Part shown: positions 21,802 to 33,700 of the stretch, one piece after another
Layout of the letters: each line of letters starts with the position of its first letter
Position numbering within the stretch: the stretch's first letter is position 1
Source of the DNA: Octopus sinensis
Lineage: Eukaryota
Length of the DNA stretch: 37,048 bases
Direction: 5' to 3'
Assembly (NCBI RefSeq): GCF_006345805.1
Contig: NW_021836838.1
Span: 1-37,048 of the forward strand
Position numbers and translations under genes: made by a program
Notes under the pieces: generated by a model
The model's database searches: none
Told to the model about the DNA's origin: nothing
The model's input: the letters and a program-made list of their open reading frames with translations, nothing else

Positions 21802-22210
21802 GGCGCAGGAGTGGCTGTGTGGTAAGTAGCTTGCTAACCAACCACATGGTTCCGGGTTCAGTCCCACTGCGTGGCATCTTGGGCAAGTGTCTTCTGCTAT
21901 AGCCCCGGGCCGACCAATGCCTTGTGAGTGGATTTGGTAAACGGAAACTGAAAGAAGCCTGTCGTATATATGTATATATATGTAAGTGTGTGTGTTTGTG
22001 TGTCTGTGTGTGTTCCTCTAGCACTGCTTGACAACTGATTCTGGTGTGTTCACGTCCCCGTCACTTAGCAGTTCGGCAAAAGAGACCGATAGAATAAGTA
22101 CTGGGCTTACAAAGAATAAGTCCCAGGGTCGATTAGCTCGACTAAAAAAAGGCGGTGCTCCAGCATGGCCGCAGTCAAAATGACTGAAACAAGTAAAAGA
22201 GAGAGAGAGT
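21802..22210 (+). mobile_element. tRNA-derived SINE family B, full length, with internal microsatellite
   Basis: GGCGCAGGAGTGGCTGTGTGGTAAG..GGGTTCAGTCCC; collinear with 16204-16620. Confidence 0.88.
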
Positions 22211-22229
22211 ATACAACAGATTAGGCTGT

Positions 22230-23600
22230 TGGAAAAGAAAAATTCCTAACATTGGGCTACAAGTAGCCTTAAATACCAAGAACCTTCCTAAGTATCCTCG
22301 CTCTCCCTAGCAACACTGTTTTATCCCTAACAACACTGCACTAACCTTGGTTTTATGCCTATTTTCTCAATCCAAATGTTCAAATCGTTAGGGATAGCTC
22401 CTAATTCATTTATAACTACTGGGATACATTTTACCCACACTTTCTATAATCTCCATAATTCAATGGCTAAGTCTTGGTACTTGGCTATTTTTTCTATTAC
22501 TCTCATATCGATTTTTTCATCATTTGGGCCTATATAGTCAATTATCTGGCACTTTCTATTGTCTTTGTCAACTACTACTAAACCAGGCTTTCTAGCTTCT
22601 ATTACACTGTCAGCTTGAATGTTAAAGTCCCACAACATCTTATATTTCTTACTTTCTTGTACTTTACTAGGTTCATATTCATACCATTTATCATAATGAT
22701 CAAATCCTAGCTTTCTACATAACTCTCAGTGGATTACTCTCCCTAGATTGTCATGTCTCTTCTGGTAGTCTTTCTGTACCAGTATGCTACATTCCCTTAC
22801 TTTATGAGTAACACTTTCCTCTTTTGATTTGCATAACATGCACTGGGAATATACTTGGTTTTTGTCTATCTTGGCTTTTAATTAGTTCTTAATGCTTGAT
22901 CTTGTGCTGCTACGGCTACTAACAAACTTTCTGTCTCCCTTTTTTAGCCTTCCTTTCTGCAACCACAATCATATCTCACTTCTACAATTTGCTGCAACTA
23001 TCTTTGGGAGTCTACAATGTAAAGTCTTTTCCTGCCAGTCAGATAACTTTTGCCCTTTTTTCTGGTTTTTAACTTCATTTGGTTATTTTGGTTTCCCTAT
23101 ATCTTGCTGTGTCTCTAGCAACTCTTAATAATCTTTCTTCCCTATTACCTACATAGGAGTTTATATATACTCTAGCTAACTCCATGCAGTCTTCTATTGA
23201 TATCAACCTTCTTCCACCTTCATTTCTAGATAAGTATAACCTTGCTACTCCTGCCCTTGGGTGAAGGCCTTCATTCATATTGAATTCTTTCCAAGTTCTT
23301 CTTTCTAGATTTGCTAATTCAGTTTTTGTCCAATCTACAAAAGCTGTTGAGTATCTAGGTAATGATACTGCCCAAGTATTTACAGCCTTTGCTAGTTTCG
23401 GACCATTTTTGTTACCTTCCTTACCCTTCTGATGTACTCTTCAATTTTCATTTTCATTTCTATGGTTAGTACTCTGTCAGATTATAATACTCCTAGATAC
23501 TTATAACTCTCTCTCCTTCTTTTAATGATTTGAATGTCTGGCCATCTGGTAATTGGATACCTTCACTGTTGATTACCTGTCCATTTTTCATGACTAATTG
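22230..23600 (-). mobile_element. R4/Dong-like (restriction-like endonuclease) non-LTR retrotransposon, 5'-truncated and degenerate
   Basis: Minus-strand translation gives ESYKYLGVL, AVNTWAVS, HPRAGVARLYLSRNEGGRRLISIED, the CCHC finger CRLC..ESVTH..EC, and the RLE motif LWDFNIQAD..EARKP.LVVVDK..CQIID..EKIAKYQDLAIE. Confidence 0.85.
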
Positions 23601-23611
23601 TTATTATATAA

Positions 23612-24050
23612 GCCAGTGAATTGGTAGAATCGTTAGCATGCTGGGCGAAATATTTAGCAGTATTTTACCTGTGCTTTGTCCTGAGTTCAAATTTCACCAA
23701 GGTTGACTTTCATCCTTTCAGGGTTGATAAACTAAGTACCAGTCAAGTACTGGGGTCGATGTAATTGACTATCTCTTTCCCTACAAATTCCAGGCTTTGT
23801 GCCTATAGTAGAAAGGATCATCATCATCATCATCATCATCATAATCATTATTATTATTGCCTAGCAGTATTTTGTCTGCCGCTTTGTTCTGAGTTCAAAT
23901 TCTGCCGCGGCTGACTTTGCCTTTCATCCTTCAGGGTCGATTAAATATGTACCAGTTAATCACTGGGGTCGATGTAATCGACTTAATCCATTTGTCTGTC
24001 CTTGTTTGTTCCCTCTATGTTTAGCCCCCTGTGGGCAATAAAGAAATAAA
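23612..24050 (+). mobile_element. Two adjacent SINE family A copies (23612-23818; 23859-24050, 5'-truncated)
   Basis: B-box-like GAGTTCAAATT in both. The second copy ends in TTTAGCCCCCTGTGGGCAATAAAGAAATAA, the same subfamily as the 38-1814 array. Confidence 0.8.
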
Positions 24051-24094
24051 TTCTTCTTCTTCTTCTTCTTCTTCTCTTCTTCTTCTTCTTCTTC

Positions 24095-24130
<36 letters not shown>

Positions 24131-24159
24131 TATTATTATTATTATCATTATTATTACTA

Positions 24160-24198
<39 letters not shown>

Positions 24199-24208
24199 CA
24201 TTATCATC

Positions 24209-24243
<35 letters not shown>

Positions 24244-24317
24244 CATTATTATTATTATCATTATTATTATCATTATTATTATTTTTATCATTATTATTAT
24301 TATTATAATTATCATTA

Positions 24318-24348
<31 letters not shown>

Positions 24349-24646
24349 TATTATATTTTATTATTCATTATCATTATTATTATTATTATATTATTATATT
24401 ATTATTATATTATTATCATTATTATTATTATTATCATTATTATTACTATTATTATTATTATTATATTATATATTATTATTATCATTATCATCATTATTAT
24501 TATTACTATCATTATCATATATTATATTATTATTATTATCATTATTATTATCATTATATTATTTTTATCATTATTATTATTATTATAATTATCATTATTA
24601 TTATTATTATTATATCATTATCATTATTATTATTATTATATTATTA

Positions 24647-24706
<60 letters not shown>

Positions 24707-24723
24707 TATTATTATTATTATTA

Positions 24724-24789
<66 letters not shown>

Positions 24790-24793
24790 CATT

Positions 24794-24885
<92 letters not shown>

Positions 24886-24936
24886 CATTATTATTATTAT
24901 TATTATATATTATATTATTATTATTATTATTATATT

Positions 24937-24971
<35 letters not shown>

Positions 24972-25080
24972 ATTATTATTATTATATTATTATTATTATC
25001 ATTATCATATTATTATTATTATTATTATCATTATATATTATTATTTTATTATTATTATTATATTATTATTATTATTATTA
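24051..25080. repeat. (TTC)n followed by about 1 kb of degenerate (ATT/ATC)n
   Basis: Directly visible; explains the poly-I/poly-Y ORFs. Confidence 0.97.
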
Positions 25081-25084
25081 CATA

Positions 25085-25310
25085 AGGCAACATACTGGCA
25101 GAATCTTTGGCATGTCAGGCAAAATGCTTTGTAGTAATTCATCTGTCTTTACATACAGAGTTCAAATTCTGCTATGGTCAGCTGCCTTTCATCCTTTCAG
25201 GGTTGATAAATTAAGTACCAGTGGAACGCTGGGGGTCGATGCAATCAACTACTCCCCTCCCACCAAATTTCAGGTCTTTGTGCCTTCAGTAGAATGGATT
25301 ATTCTTATTA
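25085..25310 (+). mobile_element. SINE family A, degenerate
   Basis: CTGGCAGAATC..GAGTTCAAATTCTG..CTTTCATCCTTTCAGGGTTGATAAATTAAGTACCAGT. Confidence 0.75.
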
Positions 25311-25894
25311 TTATTCTTAAACAACAATATTATTGACAGTGACTTTGAAGTTTTAGCCTGTGAAGCCATGGTTGGACAGTCCAACAATAGCTTTAACTGG
25401 CTGAAACTTCAAAATCGCCATCAATAATATTCTTATTTAAGAATAATAAATTTGTTCTCTACAAGAGTATAGAGTAATCCATCAGATTAATGTGTAATTG
25501 TTTTTATTATAAGTGAGCATAAAAACAAACATTAACACATGCACGTGCGCACACACACATACAGATGTGTGTATATCTCTCTTACTTGAAAATTAGGCAA
25601 GGGTTAGTGAGAGGAAGGGCATCCAACTGTACAACTCTGCCAACAATATTTAATCCATGCTAACTTGGGAAAACAGACTTAAAAAGTAAATATAAAGAAA
25701 TGATGATATATGTGTGTGGATGTATGTGTGTGAGATTTTCTTTTGATTCACCTATATGCAACAAATATATGAAAGTTATAAGAAATCTAGTGCAAAAGTG
25801 GGAAAAATTGTTTTTATTGATTAACATAGGTCATCCAAAGTACACATGTTAGTGAATAATGCTTTATTAGAGTGAATAATACTTTATGCAAAAG

Positions 25895-26550
25895 TACGAT
25901 TCAGCACAGTCTCCATTGCATGTGATACATCTGCTCTATTGCTGAACCCGACACTCAGATCATCTTTGAAAAGATTCAGGTGTGCGCTGTTGGTGTCACT
26001 TTGGTACAGCCACTTTCATCTCATCAATATCATCAATGGACCAAAGAGGTGGAAGTCAGAGGGCCACATCCAGTCAGTACGGTGGATGGCGATCACTGAT
26101 CAGCCTAATTGGCTGATTACTTGATTTGTTGCTAAAGATTTGTGCAGTTGTGCATTGTCATAATAAACTTGAGTCATTTGTTATTGTTCAGCCTCTTCTT
26201 GTTCAGATTCTTGGTCAGCCTCTTCCTCTTAATGGCTTCTCTAAGCCTTTTGAGTGTCTCGATGTTCTCTGTTCACACTTCAGGCACATTCCAGAAAATC
26301 AAGGAGACCGACGCCCTTGTCATTCCAGAAAACAGCCACCAGGTTTTTCTGTGTCGATAACTATCTCTTAAACTTCTTAGCTCTTGGAGAAGAAATGCAA
26401 CACCATTCCAAGGGCTGAGCTTTCTTTTCTGGATTGCAAAGATACACCCATTGAATGCAAACAAGATGCCAAGTAATGATTTTAAATCAGGTGACAAATT
26501 CAATCTATAATGTAAGCAGGCCTTATGAAGGTTCCATTCCAGAATGCAAA
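25895..26550 (-). pseudogene. Mariner-like (Tc1/mariner) transposase remnant
   Basis: Minus-strand, frameshift-tolerant translation: PEKKAQPLEW..SPRAKKFK..VAVFWNDKGV..DFLE..IETLKRLREAIKRKR..YDNAQLH..HPPY*.DVA(P)SDFHLFGPL, a degenerate YSPDLAPSDFHLF motif. Confidence 0.8.
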
Positions 26551-26814
26551 GAACCAGAATAAATACAGTAAGGCATTTGGCCCCAAATTCTTACTTTTCT
26601 CTCAATTCATCATTCAAGCCTGGTATTCAAGCTTGGTGCATCTTATCAACCTTGAAAATATGAAAGGCTAAGATGACTTCAGCAGGATTTGAACTCAGAG
26701 CAGAGAGAGAGAGAGAGATAGAAGTATTTTTTTTTAGTAGGGTTCATGTTGCTATTGTTGATGTTTCACCCAGGTTAACCATGGTTCAACAGCTCTATAA
26801 TTAGAAGTTGGGGA

Positions 26815-27030
26815 GGTACATGGCTTAGTGGTTAGGGTGTTGGACACATGATCGTAAGATTGTGGTTTTGAATCCTGGACCGGGTGATGCATTATGTTCT
26901 TGAGCAAAGCCCTTTATTCCATGCTGCTCCTGTCCACTCAACTAGTAAAAATGAATCATCCTACAATGGAGCATCACCCCATTCAGGGAGGAATATATGC
27001 CCACAGAAAACCAGAAAACTGGCCTTATGC
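26815..27030 (+). mobile_element. tRNA-derived SINE related to family D, degenerate
   Basis: CATGGCTTAGTGGTTAGGGTGTTGG..TTGAGCAAAGCCCTTTATTCC..GCTCCTGTCCACTCA. Confidence 0.65.
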
Positions 27031-27049
27031 TTCTTACAGAGTAATGTAC

Positions 27050-27450
27050 GCTAACCAGGATTAGCAGTGACCCAACTGTAACTGCCCATCTTTATAGAGT
27101 TATGTATAAGAGTACATTATCCAGCGTACTCTTTTCTTTTTTCAAAAAGTAGGATGTGATTTAAGGGACGTTTTGCTGTTGTTTCAGGCTGATTTAGTGA
27201 CCACATAGAAGCTTTCTCATTGGCTCAAGTTTCCTCATTGGCTTCTTGATATCACTGTGGTTGTTATTTAGCCTAAGGTTAACTCTGATCAAACAGACCT
27301 ATGATCACTGCCATTCCAACCATGACATCCTGTGCTTTTTAGTTTCTATTGCCACACTGTCTAACGTATGCCTTTCTCTTTGGAGTGTGATCTGAGGAAG
27401 ATTTGGTTGCTTTTTCTAGCCGGATGTTCAGGCTATATAGCAGCTCCTTC
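27050..27450 (+). repeat. Two adjacent copies of unclassified repeat family E
   Basis: GGATGTGATTTAAGGGACGTTTTGCTG.. and GTGTGATCTGAGGAAGATTTGGTTGCTTTTTCTAGC..; homologous to 34945-35150(-). Confidence 0.55.
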
Positions 27451-27464
27451 ATTGGCTTGTGTTG

Positions 27465-27850
27465 CTAATGGTTGTTGTTGTTGTTGTTCATGATAATGTT
27501 GTGGTTATTGTTGCTAGAAGTCTTCTTGTTGTTGTTGTTGTTGTTGAGGTTACTGGCTGGTCTCCTTGGACTTCTACTGATTTTCACAATACTCTCCAGA
27601 ATCTAGTTTATCACCGTTGCTGCTGCTGCTGCGGCTGCTGCTACTCCTGTTCCTGTTGCCTCTGTTACTCCTATTATTGACGTTGTTGCTGCTGTTGTTG
27701 TTATTATTGATGCTTCTGTTTATGTCTCTGCTTTTACTGCTGCATTGTTACTATTAGAACTGCTACTAGTGCTGCTGCTGCTGATGATGATGATGATGCT
27801 GATGCTGATGATGATGATGATGATGATGATATTAGTACTGCTACTACTGC
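27465..27850. repeat. Patchwork of trinucleotide repeats (GTT/GCT/GAT/ACT)n
   Basis: Directly visible. Confidence 0.9.
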
Positions 27851-28149
27851 CAGTGCTGTTACTATCTTATCTCATACTGCTCCCATCCGTAGAAGTCTCC
27901 TTCACTTTCCCTTCTCCCCCTTCAAACCTTCTCCCTCATTACTTTCTTAGCTTCACCTCTCTTTCACTGCATATTACTAGATCCCAGTCTCCCTCTCTCT
28001 TCCCCCATTTATGTTTCCATCTTTCTTTTCCTTCCTCTTTGTCTCATAATCTACGGCTCTTCCTTCATCCATCACCCCTTCTCACTCTCCTTTTTTCTCA
28101 TTTTCTACTTCCTCTTTGCCCCTTTCTATCATTCTCTTTCTTCCTATCC

Positions 28150-28290
<141 letters not shown>

Positions 28291-28471
28291 TACGGACGTG
28301 CTGTCACTTCGGCTCCGAAGGTAATCGCTTATTTTGACTATTTATAGCCCATATTTTGTGTACATTTTTGTAAATAAGGTGTGTAAGGCACCCAACTTTC
28401 GTGACCTTCCCTCTTGCCTCTTGTCTCTTCCAATGTTTGTGTGTGAAACACACTTTTCGTAAACGTCAATT

Positions 28472-30778
28472 ATGCTTAAATTAGGTTGTGTGAATGCGCG
28501 TGGCTTGGCGTCGGCTTGGAAGCAAGGTTACCTTCTAAACGACATCATGTCACTGAACGTGGATATAGTAGCTATCAGTGAAACCAGACTCAGCAAGTCG
28601 CGGGCCCTCGCGTCCATGTTTGGCGATCAATTTGACATTTATTTTTCACCCTGTCTGCCGAACATGGGTGGTGGAGGTACCGCGGTGCTTTTTCGAAAGA
28701 GTCTAAATGTAAAAGTAAGAACAATATTCCTAGACCCGGAGGGTAGGCTGGTTGTCTTGGACGTGGATGGCAGAAATGGGTGTGCATTCCGTCTGATAGC
28801 AGTTTATGCACCGTCCTTAACGGGTCGGGCGGATTTCTTCAGACGTCTAGAGGTTTTCCTGGGTACGTCTAGACCTTTACTGTTAGTAGGGGATTGGAAC
28901 GCTACCTTGGACACGCATCTAGATTATGTGGGAATGGATAGGAATAGAAGGGGGTGTAAGAGCCTCAAAGACCTACTCAGACGTTTCCATTTGTCTGACA
29001 GGTTCCGACTCGACAATCCGAACGTACCAACGTGGACTTGGACAAACCGCGTCGGATCGTCGAGATCTTATCTAGATAGAATTCTATGCAGGACAGCGGA
29101 TAGGGATAGCGTAGGATGTCCACAATTTAAAATAGTCAGCTACACAGATCACAAATTTGTGACGTGTACGCTCGACTTAGATAAGACACATAGACAGGGT
29201 CCCGGTAACTGGAAACTGAACACGTCGCTCTTAGCGCGACAGGTTTACAGGAATTAGCGAGTTAATTAAGAGGGCGCTGACGGGAGCCGTCGTTAACAAT
29301 CGCTGGTGGTTCGCCCTGAAAATGGCAATAAAATCGGAATCAATTAGGTTTAGCAAGGAATTAGCGATAGATCGAAACAGAGTAGAGGGAGACCTAGTTA
29401 AGAAACTAGAAGAGGCACTTACCGCTGGCAGCGCAACCAACTGCGCAACCAAATGCCGGCTGCGAGGATGGCCCTCGACCAACACCTCAACGCCAAGCAC
29501 GAAGGTTGCGTCGTCAGAGCTACAATGCGTACCTTAAGGAACGAAGGGATCGAAGCTGCGCGAGAGGCCCGGGTAGCGGAGGCGCAGCGTGGCAACAGAG
29601 CCACCATTCGGTCTCTAATAGATCAACAGGGATGCAGTTTACTCGAACCCGAAAGGATGTGTGAGGCCTTTCAACAGCACTTTGCTCGATTGTTTGGTGC
29701 GAGTGGTGGGTCGGAACGCGGAATGGATTTCAGTGCCTACCTGACCCACCTGCCGCGGCTCTCGGCAAGAGAAGCGAAGTGTTGTGAAAGTCCCATCACA
29801 GCCGCTGACGTGCGGGATGCGATGGCGGGCTGCGCGAGGGATAAGTCGCTTGGATTAGATGGTTTACCCTACGAGCTGTATAGTCAAATGCCAGAGTGTT
29901 TGACGACCTCTTGGCATCAGTGTACTGCAACTGGCAACAAAACGGGAGAATTCCCGGTTTCGTGAGCCGAGGTGCAGTGACGTTGCTGAAGAAAGACCCA
30001 AACAAGGGGAATTTTATAGATAATTTCAGGCCCATCACTCTGTTCAACGCAGATTTGAAAATTTTGGCCAAAGTAATAGCCGAGAGGTTGGCGCTTGTCA
30101 TTGGTAAACTGGTCGACAGGGCGCAAACATGCGCCGTGCCGGGCAGAACCATACATGACAACCTCCACCTGATGCGCTACATTGTGGACAGGGTAGTTAA
30201 GGATCCTGGCATGGGTGGGGCGCTGATCAATTTGGATCAGTCTAATGCATTCGATAGGGTCGACCATCGGTACTTGGCGGCCGTCCTCAGGGCGGCTGGC
30301 TTCGGTCCCGTCTTCCGCGGTTGGATCGCTGCCTTGTATAGCGGCATCCGATCGGTGATTCGGGTGAACGGTCACCTGTCGAAACCGTTTGACATCACGT
30401 GTTCGGTCCGTCATGGGTGTCCCCTGTCGGCGCTTCTGTATGTATTGACTCTCGAGCCGCTACTGCGGAAGCTGGCGACACTGAGGGGCATCCCACGAGA
30501 ACTGGGTTGCGGGACGAGCGTGTCGGCATATGCGGACGATGTCACCGTCATAGTGTCGAGCGACAAACACATCCGGATGATAGGCGAGACATTAAGAAAA
30601 TACGAAACGGTGAGGGGAGCGAAGATTAACCCGGAAAAGTCAGTGGGTTTGCTACTCGGCACCTGGAGAAGCAAACCCATGCCGTCCGACTGCGGCTCAG
30701 TAGTGGGACGCTGGACGGATGGACCGGTTAAATTGCTCGGGGTCTGGTTCAGTCCGGACCTCCAAATGGATAAGAACG
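28472..30778 (+). pseudogene. Tx1/L1-clade non-LTR retrotransposon ORF2 (APE endonuclease + RT), about three frameshifts, 3'-truncated
   Basis: APE motifs: NARGL, ISET, VYAP, GDWNA, YLDRI, TDHK, WKLNTSLL. RT motifs: GLDGLPYE, NFRPITLFNADLKILAKVIAERL, LDQSNAFDRVDH, VRHGCPLS.LLY, YADD, KLLGVWF. Split over ORFs 28472-29257, 29322-29537, 29453-29965 and 29896-30792. Confidence 0.92.
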
Positions 30779-30789
30779 TCAAGTGTATG

Positions 30790-31230
30790 TGACTAACGAA
30801 TGGAGATTGTTTAAAGACTCGAGTAAGGTTAGCCTCGAAGCTGTGTTGTTACATAATGGTAATGAAAAACCTTCCATTCCTGTGGGTCATGCTATCGGTA
30901 TGGAAGAAACTTATGAATCGATGGAACTCATTCTGAAAGGAGTTAATTACTCAGTTCATAAGTGAAATATTTCTGATGATTTAAAGATGATTTACCTCAT
31001 CCTAGGACTGCAGCTGGAATACATCAAAAATATGCACTTCTTGTGTGTTTGGAATAGTCGTGATGACAGCAACCAGTACACTGTAAAAGACTGCTCTAAA
31101 AGAGATCTGCGCATAATTGGTCGCTACAATGTGCAGTATGTGCCGCTGGTAAACCCAGAAAAAAATCTTCCTTCCACCCCTTCACATCAAACTCGCCTTC
31201 ATGAAAAACTTTGTAAAAGCAACGACACAC
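30790..31230 (+). pseudogene. DNA transposase remnant, probably Chapaev(-3)/CMC type
   Basis: NEWRLFKDSSKVSLEAVLLHNG..SIPVGH..ETYESM..SDDLKMIYLILGLQLEY.K..FLCVWNSRD..PLVNPEK/IFLPPLHIKLAFMKNFVKA. A transposase is clear; the superfamily name is from my recognition of the motifs and is unverified. Confidence 0.6.
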
Positions 31231-31231
31231 G

Positions 31232-31370
31232 ATGTAACTTAGCGGTTCGGCAAAAGACACCGATAGAATAAGTACTAGGCTTACAAAGAATAAGTTCCGG
31301 GGTCGATTTGCTCGACTAAAGGTGGTGCTCTAGCATGGCCGCCGTAAAATGACTGAAAAAAGAGATTAAA
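31232..31370 (+). mobile_element. SINE family B, 3' fragment
   Basis: AACTTAGCGGTTCGGCAAAAGACACCGATAGAATAAGTACTAGGCTTACAAAGAATAAG..GCATGGCCGCCGTAAAATGACTGAA. Confidence 0.8.
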
Positions 31371-31717
31371 AGAGCAAATAGCGACTAAAGTGTATTTTCT
31401 TTTAACTACCTTATTAAGGGAGATAACTAATAAAAAATAACATCTTAGAGTTGCTTCCTTGGCGTCATATAAAACCGACGTGTGAGAGTTTCAAATTGAA
31501 ATGGGTTCGTTTTTCGCTTGCGAAGGGGACACGAGCATTGGCGCACCAACAGACACACATACGCATGCAAGCTTCCTGCTGATACCTTTAACAATTAAAC
31601 ATCGACTAGCTTATAATTTACATTTAATTACACGCCACAACTATATAAAGTAATAACAATATCTAGTACAAACCTTGTTATTTTGTTTCAGATATGCGTG
31701 TCTGAGTATATACACCT

Positions 31718-31830
31718 ATGTATGTATGTATGTATGTATGTATGTGTGTATGTGTGTATGTATGTATGTATGTATGTATGTGTGTGTATGTATGTATGTA
31801 TGTATGTATGTATGTATGTATGTATGTATG

Positions 31831-31920
<90 letters not shown>
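31718..31920. repeat. (TATG)n/(TG)n microsatellite
   Basis: Directly visible. Confidence 0.97.
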
Positions 31921-31922
<2 letters not shown>

Positions 31923-31954
31923 GATATACATAGACATTTATAAAGGTATATATA

Positions 31955-32290
31955 TATTTTTTTTTATTGACTCCGCCGGTTACGACGATGAGGGTCCCAG
32001 CTGATACGATCAACGGAACAGCTTGCTCGTGAAATTAACGTGCAAATGGCTGAGCATTCCACAGACACGTGTACCCTTAACGTAGTTCTCGGGGATAATC
32101 AGCGTGACACAGAGAGTGACAAGGCTGACCCTTTGAAATACAAGTACAACTCATTTTTGCCAGCTGAGTGGACTGGAGCAACGTGAAATAAAGTGTCTTG
32201 CGCAAGGACACAACGCGTCGCCGGGAATCGAACTCACAACCTTACGATCGTGAGCCGAATGCCCAAATCAATAAGCCACGCGCCTTCACT
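31955..32290 (-). mobile_element. tRNA-derived SINE family D, full length with 14-bp TSD
   Basis: Minus-strand head GTGAAGGCGCGTGGCTTA..GAGTTCGATTCCCGG, A tail, TSD TAAAGGTATATATA at 31941-31954 and 32291-32304. Confidence 0.9.
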
Positions 32291-32380
32291 TAAAGGTATA
32301 TATAAAGATAGATAGATATATAGATAGATAAATAGATAGATAGATATATAGATATATAGATAATATATATAATATATATA

Positions 32381-32416
<36 letters not shown>

Positions 32417-32419
<3 letters not shown>

Positions 32420-32632
32420 ACTTGTTTCAGTCATTCGATGCGGCCATGCTGGAGCACCAGCTTTAGTCGAGCAAATCGACCCCGGGACTTATTCTTTGTA
32501 AGCCCAGTACTTATTCTATCGGTCTCTTTTGCCGAACCGCTAAGTGACGGGGACGTAAACACACCAGCATCGGTTGTGAAACTATGTTGGGCGGACAAAC
32601 CCAGACACAGAAACATACACACACACACACAC

Positions 32633-32663
<31 letters not shown>

Positions 32664-32823
32664 TATATTCATATATACGACAGGCTTCCTTCTGTTTCCG
32701 TGACAAAGCTTTGGTCGGTCCGTAGGCTATGGTAGAAGACATTTGCCCATGGTGCCACGTAGTGGGATTGAACCCGGAACCATGTGGTTGGTAAGCGAGC
32801 TACTTCCCATACAGATACTCCTG
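32417..32823 (-). mobile_element. tRNA-derived SINE family B, full length, with internal microsatellite
   Basis: Reverse complement of 16204-16620 and 21802-22210; internal (CA)n/(TA)n at about 32612-32678. Confidence 0.88.
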
Positions 32824-33374
32824 TTTGTCAACCTGACAACAAGTTGAAGGTGAGCTCTGACTGGTTGTATGCAAATGAGTTCATTAGTGGGATCCAGAAC
32901 TCTCGTGGGAGAAAAAAAATTTCGTGGCTGGGTCAAATGAGACGATGCGACCACCTTGGGTATGGGTGGACTGTGCTCAAACACGCACAAACACCCACAC
33001 ATATAGATACATGCAAAGACGCACACTCGTAGCTATTTATGCTTTTAAAATGTTGACCTTAAAACCGTGACATTCTGAAGAAATTGAATGAGTGTGTGGG
33101 TCAGTCAATGTGTGTGTGTGTGTGTGTGTGTTGTGCTTTCATTTCTGTTTCGCTGAATTCGTGAAAGAGCGACGGAGAACTTGTTGACATCGATGACAAT
33201 TTTCGTATATTGCTTCTTATTTTTTTTTACTTTTTTCAGTCATTAAATTGTGGCCATGCTGGGTTACCGCCTTGCAGGATTTTTAGTCGAACCAATTGAC
33301 CTCATTAAAGTACATTTTTTCAGCCTGGTAAGTATCCGCTCAGTTATATATATATATATATATATATATATACG

Positions 33375-33700
33375 CAGTCTTTAAATCGTAGTCTTCATTT
33401 CTGCTGGGGGCTCTTTCCATAAAGAAGTTTAGCATATAGCATCCGTTTAGGGATCCTCTGATCATTAATCTAAAGAAAATGTCCAGTCCATCATTATACT
33501 CTGAGCTTTTATAATTTGACAAATTCAACCTCTCTTCTCTGGGCAACAAATTTTCCTTTTGATGCTTTTAAATTATGAAAATTACTTTGACAGTCATTGA
33601 CCAGAACAAGATGAAGATCTCAGTCAGTAAAGGAATTTGTCTGGGGTCATCAAAGTTTGAAGTTACTCTTTTTAGTTTTATAAAGTCACTAAAAGTCTTA
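33375..33700 (-). mobile_element. RTE-clade LINE remnant
   Basis: Minus frame: LRV**WTGHFL*INDQRIPKRMLYAKLLYGKSPQQK*RLRFKDC, a degenerate LRW.GHV.RM.D.R.PK..LYG.L..G.R...R.RFKD motif. Confidence 0.7.

Noticed and set aside
32869-32876. Octamer motif ATGCAAAT
   Set aside because: Isolated, with no snRNA gene or promoter context; expected by chance.
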